64,000 bases of DNA from the NCBI GenBank assembly GCA_035454685.1, contig DATIGN010000085.1:33125-97124 (forward strand). The letters run 5' to 3'. The stretch is from Burkholderiales bacterium (lineage in GTDB: Bacteria; Pseudomonadota; Gammaproteobacteria; Burkholderiales; SG8-39). A model generated the notes under the pieces. The model did no database searches. It had not been told where the DNA came from and saw only the letters and a list, made by a program, of their open reading frames with translations. The position numbers and the translations under genes were made by a program. Numbering within the stretch: position 1 is the stretch's first letter; each line of letters starts with the position of its first letter. Below are positions 28,009 through 36,153 of this stretch, piece by piece.

Positions 28009-30642
28009 ATGGCGAAGCGCGTGGTTGCCGAGGACGGTAAGCCGTCGGAGGAGCTCCAGCAGCTAGTCGCCGACGCGGATACCGGCGGCCGCGCCGCCGG
28101 CGGCATCGCAGGAAAACTCGTCTTCACGGTCGCGGTTGCGTGGTCGCTGTTCCAGCTCTGGTACGCGTCGCCGTTTCCGTTCGAGTTCGGCTGGGCGATC
28201 CTGAACGATACCGAGGCGAGGTCGCTGCATCTCGGCATCGGCCTGTTCCTCGCGTTCCTCTGCTTTCCGCTGCTGAAATCGCAGAGGAAAAATATCCCGT
28301 TCTACGACTGGGTGCTCGCGCTCGCCGCGGCGTTCGCCGGGGCGTACTTCCTGCTTTTCTACGCCGAGCTCGCGACGCGGCCCGGGCGGCCGACGCTGCA
28401 GGACATCATCGTCGCTACGGTCGGCATCGTCCTGCTGCTCGAGGCGACGCGCCGCGCGGTCGGGCTGCCGATGACGATCCTCGCGCTCATCTTCCTCGCC
28501 TACATCATGTTCGGGCGCTACCTGCCCGACGTGATCGCGCACAAGGGTGCTTCGCTCGAGCGCATGCTGTCGCACCAGTGGCTCACCACCGAAGGCGTGT
28601 TCGGCGTCGCGCTTGGCGTATCGGTCGGCTACATCTTCATCTTCGTGCTGTTCGGCTCGCTGCTCGACCGCGCGGGCGCGGGTAACTACATGATGCAGGT
28701 GTCGTTCGCGCTCCTCGGCCACCTGCGCGGCGGGCCGGCGAAGGTGGCGGTGGTGTCCTCGGGGCTGAACGGCCTCATTTCCGGCTCGTCGGTGTCGAAC
28801 GTGGTGACCGGCGGCATCTTCACCATCCCGCTCATGAGCAAGGCGGGGTACGGCGGCGTCAAGGCGGGCGCCATCGAGACCGCGTCCTCGGTGAACGGCC
28901 AGATCATGCCGCCCGTGATGGGCGCGGCGGCGTTCCTGATGGTCGAGTACGTCGGCATCCCCTACACCGACATCGTGAAGCATGCCTTCCTGCCGGCGCT
29001 CATCTCATACATCGCGCTCTTCTACATGGTGCACCTCGAGGCGCTGAAGCTCGGCCTCAAGCCCATGGCGCAGGCGCGCCGCCGCAGCGCGCAGCAGAAG
29101 TTCACCGCGTGGGGCCTGGGCATCTCCGGGACAATCGTGGCCTGCAGCGTTATCTACTTCATCGCCGAGGGCACGAAGAACGCGTTCGGCGCCGCCGCGC
29201 CCTGGATCCTCGGCTTCCTGCTGATCGCGCTCTACGTGTACTGCGTGTACCTCGCGGCCAAGTGCCCGGACCTCCCGCCCGACATCGACGTCGACAACCC
29301 GGTACTGCCGGAGACCTGGCCCACGGTGAAGGCGGGCCTGCATTTCCTGATCCCGATCGGCGTGCTCATCTGGTGCCTGATGATCGAGGAGCTCTCCCCC
29401 GCGCTGTCGGCGTTCTGGGCCACCGCAGTGCTGATCGGCCTGATGGCGACGCAGCGGCCGATGACGAGGTTTTTCCGGAAGAAAACAGTCAGATTGAAGG
29501 ACGTGAAGGAGGGCCTGTCGGAAGTCGTGCACGGCCTGAACGACGGTGCGCGCAACATGATCGGTATCGCGATCGCGACCGGCACCGCGGGGATCATCGT
29601 GGGCGGCATCACCCTCACTGGCTTGGGCCTGCGCATGACCGACTTCGTCGAGGTGGTGTCGATGGGCAACGTGTTCATCATGTTGCTCTTCACCGCGTTC
29701 GTCTGCCTGGTGCTCGGGCTGGGCGTGCCCACGACGGCCAACTACATCCTGGTCGCCACGCTGATGGCCCCGGTGATCGTCGAGCTTGGCGCGCAGTCGG
29801 GTCTTGTCATCCCGCTGATCGCGGTACATCTCTTCGTCTTCTACTACGGGATCATGGGCGACATCACGCCGCCAGTTGGGCTCGCCACATTCGCCGCGGC
29901 CGCGATCTCGGGCGAGGACCCGATCGAGACGGGGTTGCAGGGCGCGGTGTATGCGCTGCGCACCGCGGTGCTGCCCTTCGTCTTCGTGTTCAATCCGATG
30001 CTGCTCCTCATCGACGTGCGCGGCTGGCTGGAGATCGTGCTCGTATTCCTCGCTGCCACCGCGGCCTCGATGGTGTTCGCCGGGGCCACGCTCGCCTGGT
30101 TCCATACGCGCTGCAAGTGGTGGGAGATCGTGCTCCTGCTCGCGGCGTGCTTCGCGCTGTTCCGCCCCGATTTCTTCATGGACAAGCTCTACGACCCGTA
30201 TACCGAGGCGCCCGCGAACCAGATCTTCAAGATCGCGCAGGAGCTGCCGGAGGACGACCGCCTGGTACTGGTGATCGAAGGCACGAGCGTCGAGGGCGAG
30301 GACGTGAAGAAGACGGTCGCGGTGCAGCTCGGCGCACCGGGCGACGGCCGCAAGCGCCTCGCCGACGCCGGCCTCACCATCTCCGCGCTCGGGCCCGAGG
30401 TTCGTGTGAGCGCGGTGAAGTTCGGCAGCCGGGCGAAGAAGTCGGGCTTCGAGCAGGGCTTCAAGGTGGCCGCGGTCAAGGTGCCGACCGACCGGCCTTC
30501 CGAGCATTGGGTCTACATCCCGGCGCTCGCGCTGGTCGCGCTGGTCTGGTTCCTGCAGCGCGCCCGGGAACGCCGGGCAGGCGCTACTGGGCGAGAACCA
30601 GCGACGTCAGGCGCTGCGGGTCGGCGAGGAGCGCGTCGCTAG
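28009..30642 (+). CDS. TRAP transporter fused permease (TAXI-associated 4TM/12TM fusion with C-terminal extension)
   Basis: 877 aa with many TM helices. Adjacency to a TAXI receptor and the soluble C-terminal region followed by a final TM fit the fused DctQM-type permease (DUF3394-like tail). The 3' end overlaps convergent livF by 59 nt. Confidence 0.9.
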   Translation: MAKRVVAEDGKPSEELQQLVADADTGGRAAGGIAGKLVFTVAVAWSLFQLWYASPFPFEFGWAILNDTEARSLHLGIGLFLAFLCFPLLKSQRKNIPFYDWVLALAAAFAGAYFLLFYAELATRPGRPTLQDIIVATVGIVLLLEATRRAVGLPMTILALIFLAYIMFGRYLPDVIAHKGASLERMLSHQWLTTEGVFGVALGVSVGYIFIFVLFGSLLDRAGAGNYMMQVSFALLGHLRGGPAKVAVVSSGLNGLISGSSVSNVVTGGIFTIPLMSKAGYGGVKAGAIETASSVNGQIMPPVMGAAAFLMVEYVGIPYTDIVKHAFLPALISYIALFYMVHLEALKLGLKPMAQARRRSAQQKFTAWGLGISGTIVACSVIYFIAEGTKNAFGAAAPWILGFLLIALYVYCVYLAAKCPDLPPDIDVDNPVLPETWPTVKAGLHFLIPIGVLIWCLMIEELSPALSAFWATAVLIGLMATQRPMTRFFRKKTVRLKDVKEGLSEVVHGLNDGARNMIGIAIATGTAGIIVGGITLTGLGLRMTDFVEVVSMGNVFIMLLFTAFVCLVLGLGVPTTANYILVATLMAPVIVELGAQSGLVIPLIAVHLFVFYYGIMGDITPPVGLATFAAAAISGEDPIETGLQGAVYALRTAVLPFVFVFNPMLLLIDVRGWLEIVLVFLAATAASMVFAGATLAWFHTRCKWWEIVLLLAACFALFRPDFFMDKLYDPYTEAPANQIFKIAQELPEDDRLVLVIEGTSVEGEDVKKTVAVQLGAPGDGRKRLADAGLTISALGPEVRVSAVKFGSRAKKSGFEQGFKVAAVKVPTDRPSEHWVYIPALALVALVWFLQRARERRAGATGREPATSGAAGRRGARR

Positions 30643-31276
30643 GCCCCGAGTAACTCACGCGGCCGCGATTCAGCACCAGCGCGCTCGCCGTTACCTGGAG
30701 CGCGAGCTTGGCGTGTTGCTCGACCAGCACCACCGCCAGGGAATCCTCTGCAACGAGCTTCTTGAGAGAAATCAAGAGCGCCTCGACGATGATGGGAGCG
30801 AGCCCCTCGAGCGGCTCGTCCATGAGGAGCAGAGAAGGGTTTCCCATCAGCGCGCGGCCGATGGCAAGCATCTGCTGCTCGCCACCGGAGAGCTGATTGC
30901 CGCCGGCCGCTCTTCGTTCCTGCAGCCTGGGGAAGAGCTGGTATACCCTGGCGAGGTTCCAGCGTCCCGGGCGTGCGGCAACGAGCAGGTTTTCTTCGAG
31001 CGAGAGCGACGGAAAGATCTCGCGCTCCTGGGGCACGTAGCCGATCCCCAGCTTTGACCTTTCGTAGACCGGGCGCTGCGCGATCGGATTGCCGTTGAAG
31101 GTTATCGTGCCGGAGTGGAACGTGGTGTGGCCCATAATGGTCGCGAGCAGCGTCGTTTTGCCGACGCCGTTGCGGCCGAGCACCGCCAGCGCGCCGTGCT
31201 CGGGAAGCTCGAGATCGACGTCCTCGAGCACGACCGTGTCGCCGTAACCCGCTCGTACCTTTGACAGGCTAAGCAC
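30584..31276 (-). CDS. livF: branched-chain amino acid ABC transporter ATP-binding protein
   Basis: 230 aa. Walker A GRNGVGKTT, signature LSGGEQQML, Walker B LLLMDEPLEGLAP. LivF-type. Confidence 0.9.
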   Translation of the reverse strand: MLSLSKVRAGYGDTVVLEDVDLELPEHGALAVLGRNGVGKTTLLATIMGHTTFHSGTITFNGNPIAQRPVYERSKLGIGYVPQEREIFPSLSLEENLLVAARPGRWNLARVYQLFPRLQERRAAGGNQLSGGEQQMLAIGRALMGNPSLLLMDEPLEGLAPIIVEALLISLKKLVAEDSLAVVLVEQHAKLALQVTASALVLNRGRVSYSGPSDALLADPQRLTSLVLAQ

Positions 31277-32018
31277 GACTCTGCTCTCCGAGATACACCT
31301 GGTGCACCCGAGGATCGCGCGCGATGTCGGCCGGAGATCCTTCGACCAGCACCGTGCCCTGCACGAGCACCGTGATGCGCTGCGCGAAGCGGAACACGAG
31401 GTCCATGTCGTGCTCGATGATCAGGATGGCAATGTCGGGGGGTAAGGTTTCAAGAACCGTAAGGATTTTTTCTGCTTCATGCGAGGGCACACCGGCCGCC
31501 GGCTCGTCGAGCAGCAGCACCTTGGGTCGCAGTCCGAGCGCGATCGCAATCTCGACCAGGCGTTGCTTCCCATAGGGCAGGTCGGCGACGCGCGTCGCGG
31601 CGTCGTCGGCAAGGTCGAGCGCTGCAAGCAGGCTCCTCGCCTCTTCGATCGTCTCCCGGTGAGCCGAAGCCGGGCGCCACATGCGCATCGCCGTGCCGTC
31701 GCGCTCCGCGATCCCGAGTGCCACGTTGTCGAGCACAGGCAGGTTGCGGAAAAGCGTGGTGATCTGGAACGTGCGCCCGAGGCCGCGGCGCACGCGTGCC
31801 GATTGCGGCATGTGCGTCACGTCCTCGTCGACGAGCAGGATTTGTCCGGAGGAGGGCGCGAGCCTGCCCGTGAGCATGTTGACGAACGTCGTCTTGCCCG
31901 CGCCGTTTGGCCCGATGAGCGCATGGCGCGCTCCCCGCTGGAGCTGGAAGTCGATGTTGTCGGCGACGGTCAGCGCGCCGAAGCTCTTACACAGCTTTCT
32001 TGTTTCCAAGGAGTACAT
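31269..32018 (-). CDS. livG: branched-chain amino acid ABC transporter ATP-binding protein
   Basis: 249 aa. Walker A GPNGAGKTT, LPYGKQRLVEIA, Walker B LLLLDEPAAG. LivG-type with the C-terminal BCA_ABC tail. Confidence 0.9.
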   Translation of the reverse strand: MYSLETRKLCKSFGALTVADNIDFQLQRGARHALIGPNGAGKTTFVNMLTGRLAPSSGQILLVDEDVTHMPQSARVRRGLGRTFQITTLFRNLPVLDNVALGIAERDGTAMRMWRPASAHRETIEEARSLLAALDLADDAATRVADLPYGKQRLVEIAIALGLRPKVLLLDEPAAGVPSHEAEKILTVLETLPPDIAILIIEHDMDLVFRFAQRITVLVQGTVLVEGSPADIARDPRVHQVYLGEQSRA

Positions 32019-32949
32019 CGAGAATTCCGAGGATTCCGCCCCGCGCGAAAAGCACCACGACGATCAGCAGGACCCCGATGCCGAAGTACCAATACTCGGG
32101 ATACTGCTTGGCGAGGTAGTCCTGCGCGATCAGGTAAACGACCGGTCCGACGAACGCGCCATAGAGGCGGCCGACGCCGCCGAGGATCAGCATGACCAGG
32201 ATGTCGCCCGAGGGCTCGAGGCCGAGGACGTTCAGCCCGACGAACTGGTTCACCTGCGTGAGCAGCGCACCGGCGATTCCCGCCAGGATGGCCGAGATGG
32301 TGTAGATGAGCACGAGCCGCCAGTACACGGGCGCGCCGATCGCCTGCATGCGCGCCGCGTTCTCGCGGATGCCGGTTAGCATCGCTCCGTATGGGGAATA
32401 CACGATCCGGCGCACCACCCACCATCCGATAAACAGCATCACGAGGCAGTAGAAAAAGGCGGTCCTGCCATAAAGATCGAAGCGGAACAGGCCCAGGATC
32501 TCGCCCACTTTCACCCCGGACAATCCGTCGGCGCCGCCCGTCATGGGGGTCCACTTGTTGGCGATCTCGAGGAGGATCGCCGTGATCGCGAGCGTGAGCA
32601 TGAGCAGCGTGAGCGCGCGGGTGCGCAGAATCAAGGCGCCGGTGGCCAGGCCGAGCAGGGCCGCGAGCGCCGCCGCGGCGACGAGCTGCACGAGCGGATC
32701 GGTCGCGCCGGTATGCGCGCCGAGCGCCCCTGCGGTATAAGCGCCCAGTCCAAAGAACGCGCTGTGACCGAGCGTGACGATTCCGGCGTAGCCGAGGATC
32801 AGGTCGAGCGACAGCGCGAACAGGATGAAGATCAGAATCCGCGCGCCGAGCGAGAGGTAGCCAGGCATCAGGAAGAAGAACGCGATGGCGGCGAGCCACG
32901 GCAGCCACTCCGTCCAGCGGATCCTCGGGTCTGCGCTGTAGCCGCTCAT
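31987..32949 (-). CDS. livM: branched-chain amino acid ABC transporter permease
   Basis: LivM-like (LDLILGYAGIVTLGHSAFFGLGAY). I prefer ATG 32949 to the track TTG 32973, because the TTG lies inside the 32969-32995 hairpin. Confidence 0.85.
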   Translation of the reverse strand: MSGYSADPRIRWTEWLPWLAAIAFFFLMPGYLSLGARILIFILFALSLDLILGYAGIVTLGHSAFFGLGAYTAGALGAHTGATDPLVQLVAAAALAALLGLATGALILRTRALTLLMLTLAITAILLEIANKWTPMTGGADGLSGVKVGEILGLFRFDLYGRTAFFYCLVMLFIGWWVVRRIVYSPYGAMLTGIRENAARMQAIGAPVYWRLVLIYTISAILAGIAGALLTQVNQFVGLNVLGLEPSGDILVMLILGGVGRLYGAFVGPVVYLIAQDYLAKQYPEYWYFGIGVLLIVVVLFARGGILGILDVLLGNKKAV

Positions 32950-32968
32950 CGAGTCATGCCCGGACTCC

Positions 32969-32995
32969 AACAATCGGGCTCTGACCCCGATTGTT
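32969..32995. repeat. intra-operon hairpin (REP-like) between livH and livM
   Basis: AACAATCGGG (32969-32978) and CCCGATTGTT (32986-32995) are exact reverse complements around the 7-nt loop CTCTGAC. Shares the CTGACCCC core with the other two palindromes. Confidence 0.55.
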
Positions 32996-33000
32996 TCTGG

Positions 33001-33819
33001 TCATGCGCGTACTCCGAACAGGCCTTGCGGTCTCCACAAAAGAATTCCTATGGTGGCCGCATAGACGAGGAACGCTCCAAACTCTGGAATCCAGTACTTG
33101 CACGCCGTGTCCGCCACGCCGATAAGCAACGCTGCGAGGAACGGGCCGCGCAGGCTGCCCAGTCCGCCGACGGCGACCACGATGAGGAAGTAGACGAGGT
33201 GCTCGAACGGGTAGCTCCACAGCACAGGCAGAATGTCGGCGCCCACCGCGCCGCCCAGCCCGGCGAGCCCGCTGCCGAGCGCGAACGTCGCCATAAAGAG
33301 TAGTCGGGTGTTGATGCCGATCGACTGCGCCATGGCGCGGTTGTCGACCGCGGCGCGCACCATGGCGCCCCAGCGCGTACGCTCCACGCCGAACCAGAGA
33401 AGGAAGATCAGCACGGAGCTGAAGACGATCAGGAAAACCCGATAGGTCGGGAAATCGCGCCCGAGCACGTGCACTTGGCCGCGCAGGTAGTCGGGTAGGA
33501 ACACCGGCACCGCGCGGTCGCCGTAGATGAGCCGCGCGACCGCCATCGAGACGAAGATCAGGCCAATGCAGAACAGCACCTGCGCGAGCTCCCCCGCGGT
33601 GTAGAGGCGAGAGTAGAGCAGCCGCTCCAGGACGATCGAAGCCAGGGCCACCGCGGCGAAGGCAACCAGCACGGCAAGCGGGAACGGGATGCCGAGGCGC
33701 CCCATCACGGTGGAGAGGATGAAGCCTCCGGCCATGGCGAACACGCCGTGCGCGAGGTTGACGAAGCCCATCAGGCCCATGGTCACCGACAGGCCGACGG
33801 AAATCACGTACAGGATCAT
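33001..33819 (-). CDS. livH: branched-chain amino acid ABC transporter permease; true start probably upstream at a non-canonical codon
   Basis: GLMGFVNLAHGVFAMAGGF is typical of LivH/BraD. The in-frame upstream sequence GELFSAVVSVAFHGVAYG still looks like the conserved LivH N-terminus, but has no ATG/GTG/TTG (see findings). Confidence 0.85.
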   Translation of the reverse strand: MILYVISVGLSVTMGLMGFVNLAHGVFAMAGGFILSTVMGRLGIPFPLAVLVAFAAVALASIVLERLLYSRLYTAGELAQVLFCIGLIFVSMAVARLIYGDRAVPVFLPDYLRGQVHVLGRDFPTYRVFLIVFSSVLIFLLWFGVERTRWGAMVRAAVDNRAMAQSIGINTRLLFMATFALGSGLAGLGGAVGADILPVLWSYPFEHLVYFLIVVAVGGLGSLRGPFLAALLIGVADTACKYWIPEFGAFLVYAATIGILLWRPQGLFGVRA

Positions 33820-33880
33820 GCCGTAAGCGACACCGTGGAAGGCGACGCTTACGACAGCTGAAAAAAGCTCCCCCAGTGGC

Positions 33881-35065
33881 TTACTTCTTCTTCTGCAGTT
33901 CTTTCCAGGGATCCTTTACCGCGGTGCTGATGGTCTCGATCTCGACGTTGGCGAGCTGGCCGCCGACCTTGCGCACCTCGCGCAGGTACTCGGGCTGGAT
34001 GATGTCGCGCGTCTCGGGGTCGATCGAGATCGGGCCGCGCGGGCTGTTCGGGTTCTGCCAGCCCTTGGCGATTTCCAGCGAGCGGTCGGGGTCGAGCTTG
34101 CCCTTCTGCCGCTTGATCATCTCGAAGATCAGCGCGGTCCCGTCCCACGAGCCGACTGAGAGGAAGTTCGGCACTTCGTTCGCGCCGTACTCCTTCTTCC
34201 ACGCTGCGACGAACGCCTTGTTCGCCGGCCGCTCGGCCGCGGCCGAGTAGTGAAACATGGTGGTGACGCCGAGCGCCACGTCGCCCATGTTGGGCAGCTC
34301 CTCGTCGGTGGTGATGTCGCCCGGGCCGATCAGCTTGATGCCGGCCTTGTCCAGGCCCAAGTCGGAGAAGTTCTTCATCACCGCGGTCGCGGTCTTGCCC
34401 GCCGGGATGAACACCATCAGCGTGTCGGGTTTCGCATCCTTGACGCGCTGCATGTAGGCGGCCCAGTCCGGGTTCTGCAGCGGCACGCGCACTTTTGCGA
34501 GGATCTTGCCGCCGCCGGCCTCGAACGCCTGCGAGAACGCGGTCTCCGAATCGTGGCCGGGCCCGAAGTCGCTTACCAGCGTATAGGCGGTCTTAAACTT
34601 CTTCGCCGCCCAGGTGCCGAGCGGGTAGCTCGACTGCCACAGCGTGAACGAAGTGCGCGCGATGTACGGCGAGCGCGTGGTGATCACCGCGGTGCCCGCG
34701 TTCATGATCACGAACGGCACCTTCGCCTCGGTGGCGAGCGGCGCGATCGCGAGCGCGTTGGGCGTGAAGATCACGCCGGCGAGCAGGTTGACCTTGTCGC
34801 GCACGATCAGCTCCTGCGCGAGCTGCTTCGCCTTGTCCGGGTTCGGCCCGGTGTCGTCGCGCGTGATGAGCTCGATCTTGACGCCCGGCGGCAGCTCCTT
34901 CTCGTGCTGCTTGATGTACAAGCGCACCGCGCGCTCCATGTAGGGCCCGAGGTTACCGTTCAGGCCGGAGTAGCTCGTGATGAAGCCGATCTTGATGGTC
35001 TGCGCCAACGCGCCGCTCGCCGAGAGGGCGAGCGCCACCCCCAGCAGAAACCTCACGATTCTCAT
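33881..35065 (-). CDS. branched-chain amino acid ABC transporter substrate-binding protein (LivK/LivJ-like)
   Basis: Track ORF 33881-36178 trimmed to ATG 35065. Signal peptide MRIVRFLLGVALALSASGALAQ, then TIKIGFITSYSGLNG...VNLLAGVIFTPNALA is typical of Peripla_BP_6 receptors. ATGA overlap with the upstream VOC gene. Confidence 0.9.
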   Translation of the reverse strand: MRIVRFLLGVALALSASGALAQTIKIGFITSYSGLNGNLGPYMERAVRLYIKQHEKELPPGVKIELITRDDTGPNPDKAKQLAQELIVRDKVNLLAGVIFTPNALAIAPLATEAKVPFVIMNAGTAVITTRSPYIARTSFTLWQSSYPLGTWAAKKFKTAYTLVSDFGPGHDSETAFSQAFEAGGGKILAKVRVPLQNPDWAAYMQRVKDAKPDTLMVFIPAGKTATAVMKNFSDLGLDKAGIKLIGPGDITTDEELPNMGDVALGVTTMFHYSAAAERPANKAFVAAWKKEYGANEVPNFLSVGSWDGTALIFEMIKRQKGKLDPDRSLEIAKGWQNPNSPRGPISIDPETRDIIQPEYLREVRKVGGQLANVEIETISTAVKDPWKELQKKK

Positions 35066-35931
35066 AGATCCTCCTCCTCCTTGCCGGCCGATTCTAGCAG
35101 CCAACTCCCACCCAGCGCGGCGGGCAGGGCGACCACGTTGCCTTTGAGCTTCAGTCCTGCCCTGCTGCAGCGCCTCGCGAACTTCGCCGGGTCGCTGCAC
35201 GAAAGTGCATAACCCGCAATTGCTGGGGCAGGCGGAACTTTGCCAAACAGCGCCCCAAGAGTCTTTTGCCTTCCTATCACGACGCGCCCGCGCGCCATAT
35301 CCAGGCGGACGAAGCCGTCCTCCGGCCGCGGCAGCAGGCCGCCGAAGCGCCCCCAACGCGCCGCAACCTCCTCCGGATCGTCCGCAACGACATAAACGCT
35401 TCGCAGGCGAAGCGCGTTGACGAAGGCCCGCCGCCAGACGTGCTGAGGGGTGAGATGCTCGCAATACTGCACTCGGCCTTCGGCCATCTTTCCCGGCGGC
35501 ACATAGACGACGTTGAAGCGCACCGTCTCGCCCGTTTCGAGTTTCCTCTCCAGCTTCACTACCGGCTCGGGCTCGAAGCCATGCGCGGCGAGCCGCGCGC
35601 ACTCGGCCGCGGCGCTGGGCGTGCCGAAGCAGGCGAGGTGTATGCCGTCGTAGCGCTTCATGAGCGAGCGCACCCGGCTTGCGTGCGCGGTCTTCTGAGT
35701 CGGTGCAAGGAGCTCGATATAGCCTTCCTCCAACATGACGCAGCGGTTGGACGTTCCGGCGGGTTTCCCCGAGACCTTGTGCGCCGAAACCGGCGTGACC
35801 CTCAAGCCGAGCTTCTCCCACACGGCGGCCGCGGCGTCTAGGTCGGGCACAAAGTGTGCAAGGTGGTCGAGGCAGAGCTCGCCCGGAGGCGGGCGCTGGC
35901 GTTCGGCGACGTCCATGGGCGCAGATAGCAT
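35062..35931 (-). CDS. VOC (glyoxalase-like) domain protein
   Basis: 289 aa. LDHLAHFVPDLDAAAAVWEKLGLRV ... GYIELLAP ... DGIHLACFG resembles the Glyoxalase-like domain family. First gene of the minus-strand LIV operon. Confidence 0.7.
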   Translation of the reverse strand: MLSAPMDVAERQRPPPGELCLDHLAHFVPDLDAAAAVWEKLGLRVTPVSAHKVSGKPAGTSNRCVMLEEGYIELLAPTQKTAHASRVRSLMKRYDGIHLACFGTPSAAAECARLAAHGFEPEPVVKLERKLETGETVRFNVVYVPPGKMAEGRVQYCEHLTPQHVWRRAFVNALRLRSVYVVADDPEEVAARWGRFGGLLPRPEDGFVRLDMARGRVVIGRQKTLGALFGKVPPAPAIAGYALSCSDPAKFARRCSRAGLKLKGNVVALPAALGGSWLLESAGKEEEDL

Positions 35932-36153
35932 ACTCGACGCTTAAAGCCCGGTACCCGCGGCGGCGAGGTTCTCGCACGCCACCACGGGCATGCCTGGCTC
36001 GTGCAGCAGCGCCGCTTCTTCCGGCTGGATTGCGAAAGCCAGGTGCGGCTGCAGTTCGAGAACGAGCACGGCGAGTCCTCGCCGCCCCACCAGGCTCAAC
36101 TCTACTGGCCCGAGCGCGTGGTGAAATCGGCGAGCGCGCCCTAATATAAGGGT

